Below, piece by piece: positions 22,104 to 35,335 of a stretch of DNA of 64,000 nt (position 1 is its first letter; each line of letters starts with the position of its first letter). The notes beneath the pieces are model-generated. The model was not told the origin of the DNA, ran no database searches, and was given only the letters and a program-made list of their open reading frames with translations. The stretch is from Camelus ferus. Its lineage: Eukaryota. Location: contig NC_045697.1 of assembly GCF_009834535.1 (NCBI RefSeq), positions 37,326,001 to 37,390,000 on the forward strand, read 5' to 3'. The position numbers and the translations under genes are program-made.

Positions 22104-23689
22104 TTCTCCACACATTTTAAGGACATAGAACAAACACATTACAGTAAGTCCTCATGGAGGCAGGGAATGAGAGTGGAGATTGGAGATGAAGGGGGAATAT
22201 ATAAAACACAATAAAACCTGAGAAGGACCTTGTATGGGTCAATGATGACAATATTCTATGAAGGAGAATGATTAACTCACTCTACTATGCTGTAAGGGCC
22301 AAAATTTTAAAATATATGATTAACTTTTAAATTTTACTGGCAAATTATGGTATGTGAAATGGTTTCAAATGCCTTTAAGGATTGTCAGCTTGTAGTTAGA
22401 GCTGCAGCGCGGACTTGGTTTTCAGTGTGCCACAGCTTGTTCACCCCAACTGTTTTGCAACAGATTTGTCAATCCAACTCAAAATGAATTTCAATTTTGT
22501 GTGTGACTCACATCTCAGACACTAATCCCTTCTCAAGTGCTTGAAATACAGGCAAAATATTTATCTGAACTAGCTGGTTTACAAATCTGTGAATTAAGAG
22601 ACATACAAAAGGCAATGAACTGAAAGACAAGGTATCGGAATAGAGAAACCTGTTCTACCATTCATGAAACTCTTGTCATCCAAAATACATGAAATCTAAT
22701 TTGAAATACCAATGAAATTCTCATTCCCCATAGTCATTGACCCAAAATGGAGAAAAATCTGGAATACACTGAACTTTGGTCACAGATGTACAGTGAGACT
22801 AAACCAAGTTAAAAAAGTAAACCAAGGTAAAACTTCAAATTCATCAACTGATATTTCATGAAAATCTTTTAAACCTATTAACAATAATTCCATCCAAAAA
22901 ATTCATGTACACTTCATGAACAAGTAAAAGAAATAGGTACATTGATAAACAAGGCAAATTTATTTGAAAATCTGGCTCATCATGTGGAGATTTGCTCTTC
23001 AGTGAACTGACCTGGAATACAAGGGACTAATGAATCATTTCCTCTTCCCTCTTCAAGTCTGCTTTTGACATTCATCAGAACTGTGGGTGCCAGGATTGAA
23101 ATGCTGGGGGGCGGGATCAGGGGAGGGGCTGTGAGATTGGCCCCAGATCAGTACATCTTCAAGGACGGCCCCAACCACCAAGTGCCAGAATTTCAATACA
23201 TCCCCATTTCCCCGAACCTGATTGCAGGAAGCCGAGTGGAAAAAATTAACCTTGGGCAGAATCCAGTCCGCCTGCAGCTGCAGCCCAAGTGGCCTTTTTA
23301 AAAGCACACATTTAATCATGCCACTCCCCAGCATAAACCATTTCAAGGACTCAGGATCAAGTTCAATGGCATCTCAGGACTTAAAAGTTCCCTCAGGTGG
23401 GCCTGACTCCAGCCTCAGCTGAAGCCCCTTCCTCCGCCCCCTTCTCTTCCTTCTGCTCTGGCTGTACTTGGCTCTTAGCATTTCCTGGGCACTCCATGGC
23501 TACTAGGCTTTTCTTTAGCTGTGCTGTTCCCTCCGCTGGGTACATTCTCTTCCTACTCCTCCCACCAGAGACCCCTCCTGCCTGCTTACCTAACCTTCCA
23601 TCCCCAAGTGCCTGCTAGCTAACTTTTATGGCTCCCATTAGACATGACTTCCTTCAGGAAGACTTAAGTTAAGAAAACTGCAACCAATA

Positions 23690-24132
23690 CTACAGTATTG
23701 GGATATAATTACATTTAAGTGCATCTTGCAGGGAGAGGCACTCGTCGCCCTTTATTCTAGGCTGCTTGTCAGGAATGTTTGTACAGCACACAGCCTCGGA
23801 GGACAGAGACAGTGACTCCCTCCAAAGTGAAGAGCAGGTACACTTATTGCCCATTATAAAACCTTTGCGTCCCCTAAGCTCTGGGCTCCTCTCTCATGAG
23901 GCAACCCACAACGTGTGCTTGCAATGTGGGCCTAGCCACATTGCCCCTGTGGGATCTGGAGGCAAGAACTGACACAAACATGTTGCTCATACTGCTTGCT
24001 GTGCAATGAGTAACCAATCCTTTGTCTCTGACCCAGCGGTCTTCTGACTTCTGCTAGCATCCGTAAAACTGCGACAGGCTAACTTGCTGACTTGCAAGGA
24101 GAGTAAAAACAAATCCCTGCTTAGTTCTTGAC
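23690..24132 (+). mobile_element. ERV LTR fragment (MER89/MER90-like)
   Basis: ...tttgtctctgacccag...ggctaacttgctgacttgcaag...agttcttgaca terminus. Confidence 0.5.
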
Positions 24133-24399
24133 AGTAATATATGAGTATTAATATCCTGACTTATGTGGCTGTACTGTCATTTAATAAGATTATGTCATTT
24201 TTTATAAGAAATACACACTACAGTATTTAAGGATGCTGGGGCACCATGTGGGAAAGTTACTAATAAGGAACAAAAAAAAGGTTTTTGTACTGTACTTGTG
24301 ACTTCTGTATGTTTGAGATTGTTTCAGCTTTTTTTTAAAATATTGATCAGTGGATTCAGGTGATATTAGCCTGACCCATTCAATAAAAAACTCCCCATC

Positions 24400-25500
24400 A
24401 ACTTTTTTTTTTAACTTGACTTTATTTTTTAGAGAAATTTTAAGTTCACAGCAAAATTGAGCAGAAGGTACAGATTTCCCATACAGTGCCTGCCCCCACA
24501 TGAACACAGCCTCTCCCTCTATCAGCATACTGCACCAGAGTGGTACAGTCAACTAGCCTCCATTGACACATCATTTCATCCAAAGCCCATGGTTTACATT
24601 AGAGTTCACTCTTGGTGTTCTGTGGATTTGGACAAATTTATAATGATATGTATCCACCATTATAGTGTCATACAGAATAGTTTCACTGCCCTAAAAATCC
24701 TCTGTGTTCTGCTTGTTCATCCCTCCCTTCCCCATAACCTTTGGCAACCACTGATCCTTTTATTCTCTCCATAGTTTTGTGTTTTCCAGAATGTCCTGTT
24801 GAAATCATACAGTATGTAGCCTTTTCAGATTGGCCTCTTTCACTTAGTAGTGTGCATTTAAGCTTCTTCCATGTCTTTTCATAGCTTGACAGCTCATTTC
24901 TTTTTACTTCTAAATAATATTCCATTGTCTGGATGTACCACAGTTTATCTATTCACCTACTAAAGGATATTTTCATTGCCTCAAGTTTTGGCAGTTGTAA
25001 GTAAAGCTGCAAGAAACATCTATGTGCAGGCTTTTGTGTAGACATAAATTTTCAATTCACTTGAATAAATACAAAGGAGTGCAATTGTTGGATTATATGG
25101 TAAGAGTATATTTAGTTATGGCCACTGTCTTTGAAAGTGATTGTACCATTTTTCATTCCCAGTGGCAATGAATGAGGATTCCTGTTGCTCCACATTCTTG
25201 CCAGCAGTTGATTTGGATTTTGGTCATTCTAACAGTACATACTGGTATCTCATTGTTTTAATTTGCAGTTCCCTGATGATATACAATGTTGAGCATCTTT
25301 TGTATGCTTGCTTTACATCTGTACATCTTCTTTGATGAGGTATCTGTTCAGGTCTTTCGCCCGTTTTTCAACTGAATTGTTCATTTCCTTATTGTTGAGT
25401 TTTAAAAGTTCTTTCTATTTTGGGTAATGGTCCTTTATTAGGCACATCATTTACAAATATTTTCTCCTGGTCTGTGGCATATATTCTTATTTTCTTGACC
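24400..25500 (-). mobile_element. L1 (L1MA/MB-like) 3' fragment
   Basis: tttttagagaaattttaagttcacagcaaaattgagcagaaggtacaga...tttacaaatattttctcc. Confidence 0.85.
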
Positions 25501-26900
25501 ATTAACTTTTTACTTAATGGTTTTGTCATCCATGGAAGATTCTTTTTAACTAGACTCATTTTTTCCTGAACTGATGATTTTCTAATTCAGTTATTCCTTT
25601 TGAATTTATTAGCTGTAATTTTTACATAAGGAAGAACTTTTACTCATAAGGTATTTTGTTGCTCTAAAATGAAATTTATACAGGAAAAGCAGAAAAATGT
25701 TTGACTTTGTCTCTTTATTTTCAAAGTTCTGATTTGTTTGTTGCCTTGGGGAATGACCAAAGAAATTTGGTTTTGATTGTTTGTTGGCTTCAGATGAGCT
25801 CATTATTTTTATGCATTTAATATTTTCAATCCACTGCAGTCATTTTTCCTTTTGATGTTCAAATTTCCCATTTCAGACCAGTGAAAGCTCCTTCAAGATT
25901 GATCAAGTGTCTTTTTGTCATGATTTTATTAGTTTTTGATTGCTTCCTTGCTTTAGGCACAGTAAGATATTACAAGTTCAACTTGGGCATTTCTTGCCCA
26001 GATCTGAAATCAGCCATTTCTCTAAGGAGCACTGACACCTCTGAGTAGGGAACTGGTATTTAGAGGTGGCACTCAAAGAGCTACAGGTGTTTGTTGCTGC
26101 TAAGTTGTCATTAATTCTTACCTTCTCAATGGGTAGAGCTAAGACATGGGCTCTAAATCATGAGTTCATGCTGATATTTACAAGGTTTATATAACTTCTT
26201 TGATTTTATCATTTTTCCTACATACTGAAAACCTTTGTTCCTAACAATCTTAACACAATTGTTTATTTATGTTATACTACACAATACTATATTTATAATA
26301 TACCACAAGTATGCTATAATGGTTTCAGAATAACAATATTTTGTAAAGCACTGAGTCTACAGAATGCAGGTAAATATTTCTCTGTGGTTCCTGTGTGTCC
26401 TTAGAATAGATTTAACTAGGGATGTACTGTCAGAATACTGGATTTTATGATCAGTTGTTAGGGGCATCAGTTGTCTTGTTTTGCCTAGTACTGAGGGGTT
26501 TCCCCAGACCAGGTGTGCCGGTCACCCTACTCGAAGGAATTCTCCACTGTGTGTCATTAGCCACCACGTTGACACAGAATTAAGTTCATTTGCTTCAGAT
26601 TGTTTTCAATTTCTGAGGAATTATTTTTAAAATACATTTTCTAATATACAACATTTACATTGTTTCAAAGCCAAAAGCACACAATGAAGCACATTCAGAG
26701 AAGTGTAGTTTCCATCTTAATCATCTGGATTGTATTCTCTCCCTTTAGAGGTGTCATTTTCATTAGTCTTTTTGTTTATTCTACCATTATTTCTTTTTTG
26801 AAAATATAAGCAGGTACATACACATAGTGATATCTCCCTATCTTACACAAAAGTTAACATTCTAAAAACATTATTTTCATATGCTGATTTTTTAAAGTTT
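25500..26900 (-). mobile_element. Old L1 (L1MC/ME-like) fragments
   Basis: gatgttcaaatttccca, aatcagccatttctctaaggagc, aatcatgagttcatgctgatattt. Confidence 0.6.
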
Positions 26901-28104
26901 TCCCAGATTGGCATTTAATGCAGAACTGCAAAGCCATATACTTGAAAGATTACACTTGTCATCCTCAGAATGATCTTAAACCTGATTCCAGAACTGGGGA
27001 AGAACATCTAACCAGCCAGGAGCTGAATGATATGAACAAGGCAGGTTATGCGGGATAGAAAATTCCAAATGTTCTCTCAGCACCAGACTCCTAGTATTAC
27101 CTACTTAACCCCAAATAGCTTTGAAAAATTATTGCTGAGCTCAGACCCCGGGTATGTAGGAATGTAATATATAATGACGAGTCTGAGATGGTGAGAGGAA
27201 CTGCTTTCCGCTCCCAGCTGCTGAGGATGGGAAATGCGTGATGAGAGGGCAGCCGGAAGGGCCCTCTCATGTGGTCCAGTGTCGTGGTGCCAGTGCACAG
27301 AGTGAAAGGCACGTGGGCTGGTCCGCCTCCTGGTGCGACGGGGCATGTGGATGCAGCCAGGATCTTGTGTGAGCTGCCTGCCTGGCTGTGTGAGGGTCCA
27401 TGCTGGAGCTCTTTGTATGGTGTATGCAGAGTCTCATCATGAGGGAAAGTTTTTAGGGGCTGAAAGAGGAGTCATTTATGAGATCCAATGATTTCCTGGG
27501 GTATAAGAGAACAAGCTCCTTTTTTTGTTTTCTTTTTTTTTTTTTTTTTTACTTATGAGGAACCATGCTCACCTCTTGGCAAATGGGCCCTGCAGCCTGC
27601 AGACTGAACACAAGCCATCTGTGGCTGCAGAGTGTTCCAGACAAGGCTGCCATGATTTACATGCCTAACTGGTGGTGTCTACCTGGTGTGACTCAAGGAC
27701 AGCCCCAAGCTCCCCCGCCCTCCCATTCGTCCTTCCTACCAGGGCCTGCTACCCTCCCCCTCCTTCCATTTGGAAAGGACATGCTCTCCTGAGCTCTTTC
27801 TAACAACCAAAGGAAGATATCATTTCTTGAAGGTCACTCTTGAAATGTATTTTCTCCAGGAAGAAGGAGATAGGGAAGCTCTTGCCAAATCCAGCGGAAA
27901 ATTCAGATTCATGTGTGGAAAAGGAAAAGTGAAATGGTTAGAGCAAGGTCCCTGGAGACTGACCGCATGGGTTTGAATCCTGGCTCTACTATCCTCTCTA
28001 GGAACCTTGGGCATCTTACTCTTTTGTTTTTGTTTTTGTTTTTTCTGTGCCTTGGTTTCTCACTTGCAAAATACAGAAAACGAGGCCTTTTCTTAACTCA
28101 CAAA

Positions 28105-28545
28105 GTTTCTAGGCACCATGTCTCCCAAAAGACATGTCCATTTAAACCTCAGAATTTGGCCTTATTTGCAGTAAGGGTCTTTGAAGATGCAATTAAGTTA
28201 AGGATCTAGAGATGAGATCATCCTGGATCTAGGGTGGGTCCTAAATACACCGACTAGTGTCCTTATAAGAGAAAGGAGAGGGAGATTAGAAACACAGAGA
28301 CACAAAGAGAAAGCCCTGTGAAGACAGAGTTAGAGACTGAGGTGATGATCTACAAGCCAAGGAATGCTGAGAATTGCCAGCAACCATCAGAAGCAAAGAG
28401 AGAAGCGTGGAACAGAACCTCCCTCTGAGGCTTCAGAAAAAAACAGCCCTGCTGACACCTTGATTATTGGCCTCCAGAACTATGAGAAAATACATTTCTA
28501 TCACTTCAAGCCAAGTCAATGGTAATGTGTTACAGAGGCCCCAGG
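28105..28545 (+). mobile_element. MaLR LTR (MLT1C/D-like)
   Basis: ggtctttgaagatgcaattaagttaaggatctagagatgagatcatcctggat...ctacaagccaaggaatg...ggcctccagaactatgaga. Confidence 0.85.
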
Positions 28546-30749
28546 AGCAGCAAAGCCTGGAAAGCCATTCACACAGCAAGAGCTCGATAAACACTAGCAG
28601 GGGTTACTTAACTCAATTGAAACAAAGCAAAATTGGCTAAGAGGATATGTCAGTGGGATGATGGCAGTGGGAACAAAGCAAGGACCAGGCGGGGAAGAGA
28701 AGCCTGGATCATCCGTCATCAACTACTGCTCAGGTAGGCAAAGGAGAATGAGAGCTGATGCTTGACTTCAAGGAGCTTGTCATCTGATGGGCAAAAAGCA
28801 CCTCTCACTAAGGTGTGGCTTTCATGGATGTGCTGGTGACTCTCTGATGTTCATCTCGAGGGTAGACTTGCTGATTGATCAACTCCCGAGTTGAGGGATC
28901 ACATGAAGCTGGGTTGGAGCCTCCCATCCTTTGCAGCTGGAGAACTTGGGTAAATCAGTCAACATCCATGAATCCCAGTCTCCCTGGGTGTAAAATAGGC
29001 TGAAGAATATCTGTTTCTCAGGTTTTTAAAAAAGAACACATATTTAAGGCACCCAGCTTCACACTTGACACGAGGAAGAGCTCAGAAGCTTTTGCTCCTA
29101 TGACTCCCCCTCCCCAGATTCTTAACGGGGGGTGGGGGGGTGGGGGGTGCCCAACAAGAGCTTCAAACTTAGTGTGGCCCAAAGTGACCTCCTTCAAGCC
29201 CTTCTGCCTTCAAAAACTGCCCCTTCCCTTAATTTCCTGATCGAATTAATGGCATCATCATCCTACTCAGTCTTCCAAGTCCAAACTTAGAAATTCTCCT
29301 CTCCTCTCCTCTCTTTTCTTAGCCCTAGCTTCCGGATAATCACAAGATCCTGCTGATTTACCTTCCAACCAGCTCTCAGATCTATCACTTTCTTGCCAGT
29401 TCTGCCACTGCTTTCATGTGAGTATTTCTCAGTATCCTTCCAGGGGGTCTCCCTGCTCTTTCCTAACAACCATGCTCCCAGCTACTAGGCCTTCCTCTGC
29501 TTTACCACTGGCACTATAGTCTTCAAATCTGATCTGGTTATTTCTGCTGTTTTCAATCTTCCCATTGTTCCTGTTCACCCAGATGATGCAGAGGTCAGGA
29601 CCAGCATGCACACTGAGAACATGGGAAACCCGGAAGCATTAAAAGCTGATGTGTTAAATCCCAAACACTCAGATGCTCAATGAGACAGGATAGAAGGGAC
29701 AAAAGGTAAAACAGGGCAGCCAGACTCAGACAGACTCCCTGTCATACCTGTCTTCTGCCTACGGGGCTGAGTCTTGAATTAACTGTCAGGAACGGTGCTG
29801 CAGGAGAGTTCAAGCAAGATTATCCCCTGCTTTCTGAATCCAGGACTGAGAACCACAGAGATGGGCTTAAATAAAATGAGCAGGGGGATTTTCCAAAATT
29901 AGAAAGCTGCTATGATTTTCCGGATTTGCTGAAGCCTTAGGTTAGGAGGTGTCAGCTGCAACAGCTGTACGTGCAGTGAGAAGTAAGAAACTACTTTCCT
30001 GCCATTCTCCCACCTCCCCTGAGTGGGACACTCCAGCCACAATTCGTTCCAAACATACCACACTGTTTTATGCCTCGGGGCCTTTGCACATGCTATTCTA
30101 TATTTATTTCTTTATTTGGGATTGTCTTTCCCCATTAGAATGTAAGCTCCAATGAGAGCAGGCCTAGAATAGTGCCTGGCGGATAGCAGGTGCTCAGTAA
30201 ACAGGGAGTGAAAGAACAATGGCCTACATGGCCTAGGATGAACCTCCCTGATCCTGCCTCCCTCCCCCTCTCCTAACTCACTCCCTATTGTGGACCCTTT
30301 GGGTTTCGTCAGTGTTCCTCTAGGATGGCTCTTGTCCTGCAATCTACAAGCCTGTCTCCTCTAGGAGACCATGAGCCACAGAAGGTCGGGGTGGGGGGTA
30401 AGTCATGCTGACGGAGGGCCCCAGTTCCCAGCCCAGGGACAGCCATTAAGCACCATTCACCATGAATGTTTGGGAAAACATAAAGGGGAGCCCCCAGCTC
30501 TGCCTGAAGGGTATGGGGAGGTGAAGTCAGAGAAGAATTGCCAGGAAAGGGAAGGTTGGCAGAAGAGAGATGGGAGGTGAGTCTTCCAGGGGTACAAAGG
30601 GACAGTCTACAAAAGAAGATGACATCCCAAGATCTACTCTAGGTCTTTTGAGAAAAGTGCTACCAAGGACCAACAAACTGTCCAACTTGAGTCCAAAAAG
30701 AAAGGGGGATTTAGTGGGTGACAGCACTGCCTAAGAAGCAGCATTCTTG

Positions 30750-31100
30750 TTCGCCCCCTGAGTCAGCAGCCTCTCCAGGATCCCCTGTTCAAAGCCTGGG
30801 TCAGAATGTGGAACGAGGACATGCAAATTGCTGTTCCAGCAGCCGTTTTGCCTGCAAGCAATCTTGGAGCCCATACAATAGAAGTTTTCAAATAGATGGC
30901 TTCAAGTAGCCACAGTGTAATGAGATCAAAACTCTAGGATTGCCAACATGCAGCACGACAGGAAAAATATCATTTACGGCCGGCTCATGAATCCTATTTG
31001 CATAAAACTTACGAACCTGAAACACACATTCCCTACGAAGGGAAAATCAAGATCTCTCCCAGTTTTTATTTTCTCTACATGGTGGCAGCCTATCAGGTGA
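30750..31100. promoter_or_regulatory. Candidate enhancer (MARE/ARE, two octamers, heptamer)
   Basis: TGAGTCAGCA 30759-30768; ATGCAAAT 30821-30828; CTCATGA 30984-30990; ATTTGCAT 30996-31003. Confidence 0.35.
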
Positions 31101-31685
31101 ATAAGCCTTCTTGATGAGAGATTTCTCCAAAGCCAAACAAGGCTACTCATAATGGATTCCTTAGTACACAAGTGCATTCATTCAGACACTTCCTTTATAG
31201 CTACATTGTAAGAAATAAAGCCTTTCCCCTTAAACTGCTTTACAACCTTAAATCTCTGCCCACGCCCCACCTCCACATCCTCCCACCCACCTGGGGAACA
31301 GAGCACTATACACACCTATACCCAGGGGATCCAGAGTGTGTGCACATTTACAGAGGCTGACCAGGGTGCTGAAAATTTTCTATAAGCCCTCACTCTCCTG
31401 AACTGATCTGGGCACAACCCTTCAGTCCTTTTAGAGGAAAAACACCCCTAGAAGACTCAGGTGAACTTTTTTCTAGGTAATTTGAGAGAGTTGAATTATA
31501 TGATGTTTGAAGTTCTTTCTAACATTTTAGAATTCTCCATTCCCTTCTATCCCCTCCCTCCACATTTCTCAACCTCACAACACAGCAAACAAGTTAGGAA
31601 AGAGTATGTGTAGTGCTTACTCTGAAAAGACTTTCCTGTGCCTTGAGTGGGTACCAGCTTTTCAGCTGGAGCCTCAAAACCTTGG

Positions 31686-31868
31686 ATTTTTTTTTTCTGA
31701 AGTGTAGTTGATTTACAATGTTGTGTTAGTTTCTGGTGTACAGCATAGTGATTCAGCTATACATGAAAATATATACATATTCTTTTTTATATTCTTTTCC
31801 ATTATGGTTTATCACAAGGTATTGAATATAGTTCCCCATGCTACACAATAGGTCCTTGTTTATCTATA
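31686..31868 (-). mobile_element. L1 3' end
   Basis: Poly-T then ctgaagtgtagttgatttacaatgttgtgttagtttctggtgtacagc. Confidence 0.85.
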
Positions 31869-32516
31869 AACTGTGGTTTTCTTTGGTGCCAGTTGCTACT
31901 GCACTCAAAGAGTTGAACCCTTATAAGATGCATTGAACCCCTATTCTGGACACTTAAGACAATGAGCCCTTTATGAGTGTTTCTAGAGGCAATGTGTCTT
32001 CACAGCCCCTTGGTTTGACTGGCTAACAGGGAGTACTAAAGGGGTCCCGTGTCAAGGTAGGGCAACATTTCTGGACTTCAGAGGTGGTTAGGGCCACAGA
32101 AAACTGAATGGCTTTGGAGGGTGGATGGACTGGGACTTGCAGAAGGCAACAGGGCCTGCAGAGAGCCGAGGGAGGACCTGGGAGGTGGTGTTAGAGCAGA
32201 GAGGAGTGCGAGGACCCAAACATGGGCTCCTCCTGTGTCGGGGTTGCAAATCCTCTTGCCCTCAAAGAGCAGCTTGTTCTAAAAATCCCTAGCCTAGTAA
32301 GGACCAGAGCAGAGGTTGTGGATTCAAAAGCCTACCAAGGACAGTGGCATAATTGTGTGAGACCTTGTTCCTCAGTGTGGGGAACGGAGCAGGGAGCAAG
32401 GGGGCTGTGTAGGGAGCAGGCACATGGGTCCAGCCAATTGTTGATTTTAATGCACAGGGACTCAGCATGGGAAGGTCTGTTGTTTTATGTGAAATTTGCC
32501 CATTTCAAATATTAGC

Positions 32517-32610
32517 AGGAAGAGGATAATAGATCACTGGTAGAATGCATGCTTAGCATGCACGAGGTCTTGGCTTCAATCCCCAGTAGCTCCATTAAAA
32601 AACCCCCCAC
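32517..32610 (+). mobile_element. tRNA-derived SINE (vic-1-like), diverged
   Basis: gtagaatgcatgcttagcatgcacgaggtcttggcttcaatccccagtagctcc; TSD atattagca. Confidence 0.85.
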
Positions 32611-33329
32611 ATATTAGCAACTAAAACAAATTTAGAATATTGTGTGTTCCAAACAAAACGCTTTGGTGGGCCAGATTTGGAACTCCAGTGGGATTTGTGC
32701 CCAAGGCCAGAGTAATCAAAGATGTTTCACCAGGGAAAGAACATGAGGACCTGGCCTAGGGAAAGGATGTAGGGACCCTCGGATAATCCATGAAAAGAAA
32801 ACAGGTCAGCAAGCTCAAAAAAACCCTCAAAGTGAGGAAGACTAAGAATATGGGGAGTAATGGAAGAGCTTAGCTTCTTCAGGAAAATTGTATGGTCAGG
32901 GTCCGGGGACACATGACGTACCAGGATAGGAATGCCTGTGGTCAATACTGGTACGCCAGGAGCCACTCAGGGGGAGAAATTTCACTCCTTCAGGAATACG
33001 TAAAGCTTAAAGGAAATTGCTTCAAGTTTCTAACAGAAGAGGGAAGTAAGGTCAGAAAAAGATGAGAATAAATCAAAATCCTCTATTATAGAAAGAGCTA
33101 CACCCCCCTGTTTCAGGATTGCAGGAAAATGAGCAATGCTTTTGGGAGGCCAGACTGAAAAATACAAACCTCTTTAGCTATGACTTGATTACAGGCAATT
33201 CATGTCTTAAGACTCCCCTCTCACTGTAGTTCAAATTTGCGTCCTTTAAATGGTGGGCTGGAGATGCTGTATTACCATGTATTCAGAATGGAAATTACAA
33301 ATGAAGTAGGGTTGGGGAATCAATCTTTT

Positions 33330-33740
33330 TTTTTTTTGAGCATCTACTCTGTGCCAAGCCCTGTGTGGGTGTTTCACATGCGACAACTGCTTTTGCCACT
33401 CATATAAGGATCTCCAGCATCCTTATGAGATTGATTATTCTGATCATCCTCATTTTACAAATGGGGAAACTGAGGCACAGAGTGGGAACATGACTTACCT
33501 AATGTCAGGGAGCTAATAATAAGTGGAAGAACTGAAATTTAAGCCAATCCACTATAACCATAAAAGCAGCTAACACTTCTCTTCTCGCAGGGATCTTTGT
33601 GCCACTTCTGAGCTGTGACCTTCCATTATTAACTCCAGCCTGTCTTCAGAGGGTTGTGAAGAGGAAATGAGATGGCACGTATAAGCGCTTAACACACTGA
33701 CCTGCCCAATAAATGGTATTAATAGTTGTCATTATTACTA
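33330..33740. mobile_element. Two MIR fragments in opposite orientation
   Basis: cattttacaaatggggaaactgaggcacaga (-) and agggttgtgaagaggaaatgagat (+). Confidence 0.75.
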
Positions 33741-33924
33741 GGAGTAACCAGATCTGGCGTTCAGAAGGCCCTGATGACTCTAAGGGCGAGAGACGGGGGA
33801 ACAGGGACAGATAACGAGGGACTGAGAAGTGACTAGAGATGAAAAAGAGGAGGCAGTAGGTGTAGATGACTCTACGGAAGGTTTGGTGTTTGAAGTTTGT
33901 TTCTGAGAAAGTTGATTTACCACT

Positions 33925-34240
33925 GCTGCTCTGGACTGGATTGTGTCCCCCTCCAAATTTATTTGTCGAAGCCCTAACCCTCAATGTGAGGATATTTGGA
34001 GATGTGGCCTCTGGGAGGTGATTAAGGCACGAGGGTGGAGCCCCCATGATGGGACAAGACCTCGCTCTCTGTTCATGACCAGAGGACACAGCAAGAAGAC
34101 GGCTGCCTGCAAGGCAGGAATCTGCTGGCACCTTGGCCTTGGACTTCTCAGCTTCCAGATCTGTGACAAATAAACATCTGCTGTTTCACCTACTGAGGCT
34201 CTGGTATTTTGTGATAACAGCCCGAGGTGATTCAGACAAG
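33925..34240 (+). mobile_element. MaLR LTR (MLT1A/B-like)
   Basis: ggactggattgtgtccccctccaaatt...gaagccctaaccctcaatgtg...ttggacttctcagcttccagatctgtgacaaataaa. Confidence 0.85.
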
Positions 34241-35169
34241 GACTATAAGTAGAAGAGGAGAGGCCGTTGGTAGGAGGGAAAGGGGAGCTGGAGGAACAGC
34301 CCCAGGGCCTGGAGGGGAGACCTTCAGGAGCCCAGATGAGGGCAGCCCTGGAAAGGGGCAAGGATGTGTCTTCCCCTGAAATGGAAAAGAAGAGAGTGAG
34401 TGGAAGACATTGAAGGAAGAAAATTGAGGTACTAAAGTTTGACCTAATCCAACGACAGTGGAGAAAATGTCATGGCTGACAGTGAGGAGAGAAGGTAATT
34501 TCTGGGCATCGAGGAGTTGGGAAAAGGCTGTGTGACTTTGGTGCGGAACTAGAACCATGACAAGCACACAGCCCATGGTTCCCGGCACAGCTCTGATTTC
34601 AGAGTCTCCCCCATTCTCGTAGGTAAGTACGTTCATACGGAAATGCATACTTGTCAGAGCTTATGCCCAATTTGGGATTCAAAAAAATAGTTCTACCAAC
34701 AAATGGTGAATAAAGGAAAGAATGAGCTGAGATTAGATGGAGCAAAGGTGCCCTGGATTCTACCAGTCGGCTGGGGGACTCTAACTCCACAGAACAATCC
34801 AGAGAACCAGAAGTAGAGAAGGCTTCCCAAGGGGGCCATGGTGGAAACCCAAATGGGAGAGTTCCAGGGCAAAACTGAGAAGGCAGGCATTGGGATAGAA
34901 GCACCTCTTTTCCTGTCCTGACCCAAAGCAAAGAGAGCTTAACTGATACCCAAGATTTCTCAAAACGTATTCCCTGTGGTCAAATAAATTTAGGAAACAC
35001 TGTGTATTATATTCCCCACAGTTATATTACAAGTCACCATATTAAAGGCTCTGAGAAGTCCTGCAGTAAAGAAACTTTGGGTCAAATAATGAAAATATGC
35101 ATTTTAATGTAACTGCTCTCTGGGAAAACACTACAGGGACGTGGAAGGACTACTTTAATATCCTACTAA

Positions 35170-35335
35170 GGGGGTAGGTTATAGCTCAGTGGTAGAGTAC
35201 ATGCTTAGAATGCACGAGGTCCTGGGTTCAATTCCCAGTACCTCTGTTAAAAATAAATCATAAGTAAATAAATAAATAGGCCAAATTACTTCCCCCACCC
35301 AAAAAAGTCAAATAAAAATAATTTTAAAAAATAAT
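35170..35335 (+). mobile_element. tRNA-derived SINE (vic-1-like)
   Basis: tatagctcagtggtagagtacatgcttagaatgcacgaggtcctgggttcaattcccagtacc; TSD tactaagg. Confidence 0.92.

Larger units (their letters stand above)
19720..22320 (+). mobile_element. Old L1 (L1ME-like) ORF2 end/3'UTR, fragmented
   Basis: gaaaaatgggcaaagcatgcggataggcagttcatagaa...aaagcaatgcaaatt; resumes near 21440 and 21830 (atcaacatggatagatctt). Confidence 0.6.
19498..23019. mobile_element. Putative ancient DNA transposon (pieces ~19498-19715 and ~22320-23019) split by nested insertions
   Basis: Degenerate terminal inverted repeats (atacaagccaattcatcaaa vs reverse complement of ttcagtgaactgacctggaa); reiterated caattcaccaaa-like units on the left. 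Confidence 0.4.

Noticed and set aside
33646..34931. Cluster of 110-161-aa minus-strand ORFs
   Set aside because: They overlap MIR, MLT1 and purine-rich repeat-derived sequence; composition explains the lack of stops and no domain is evident.
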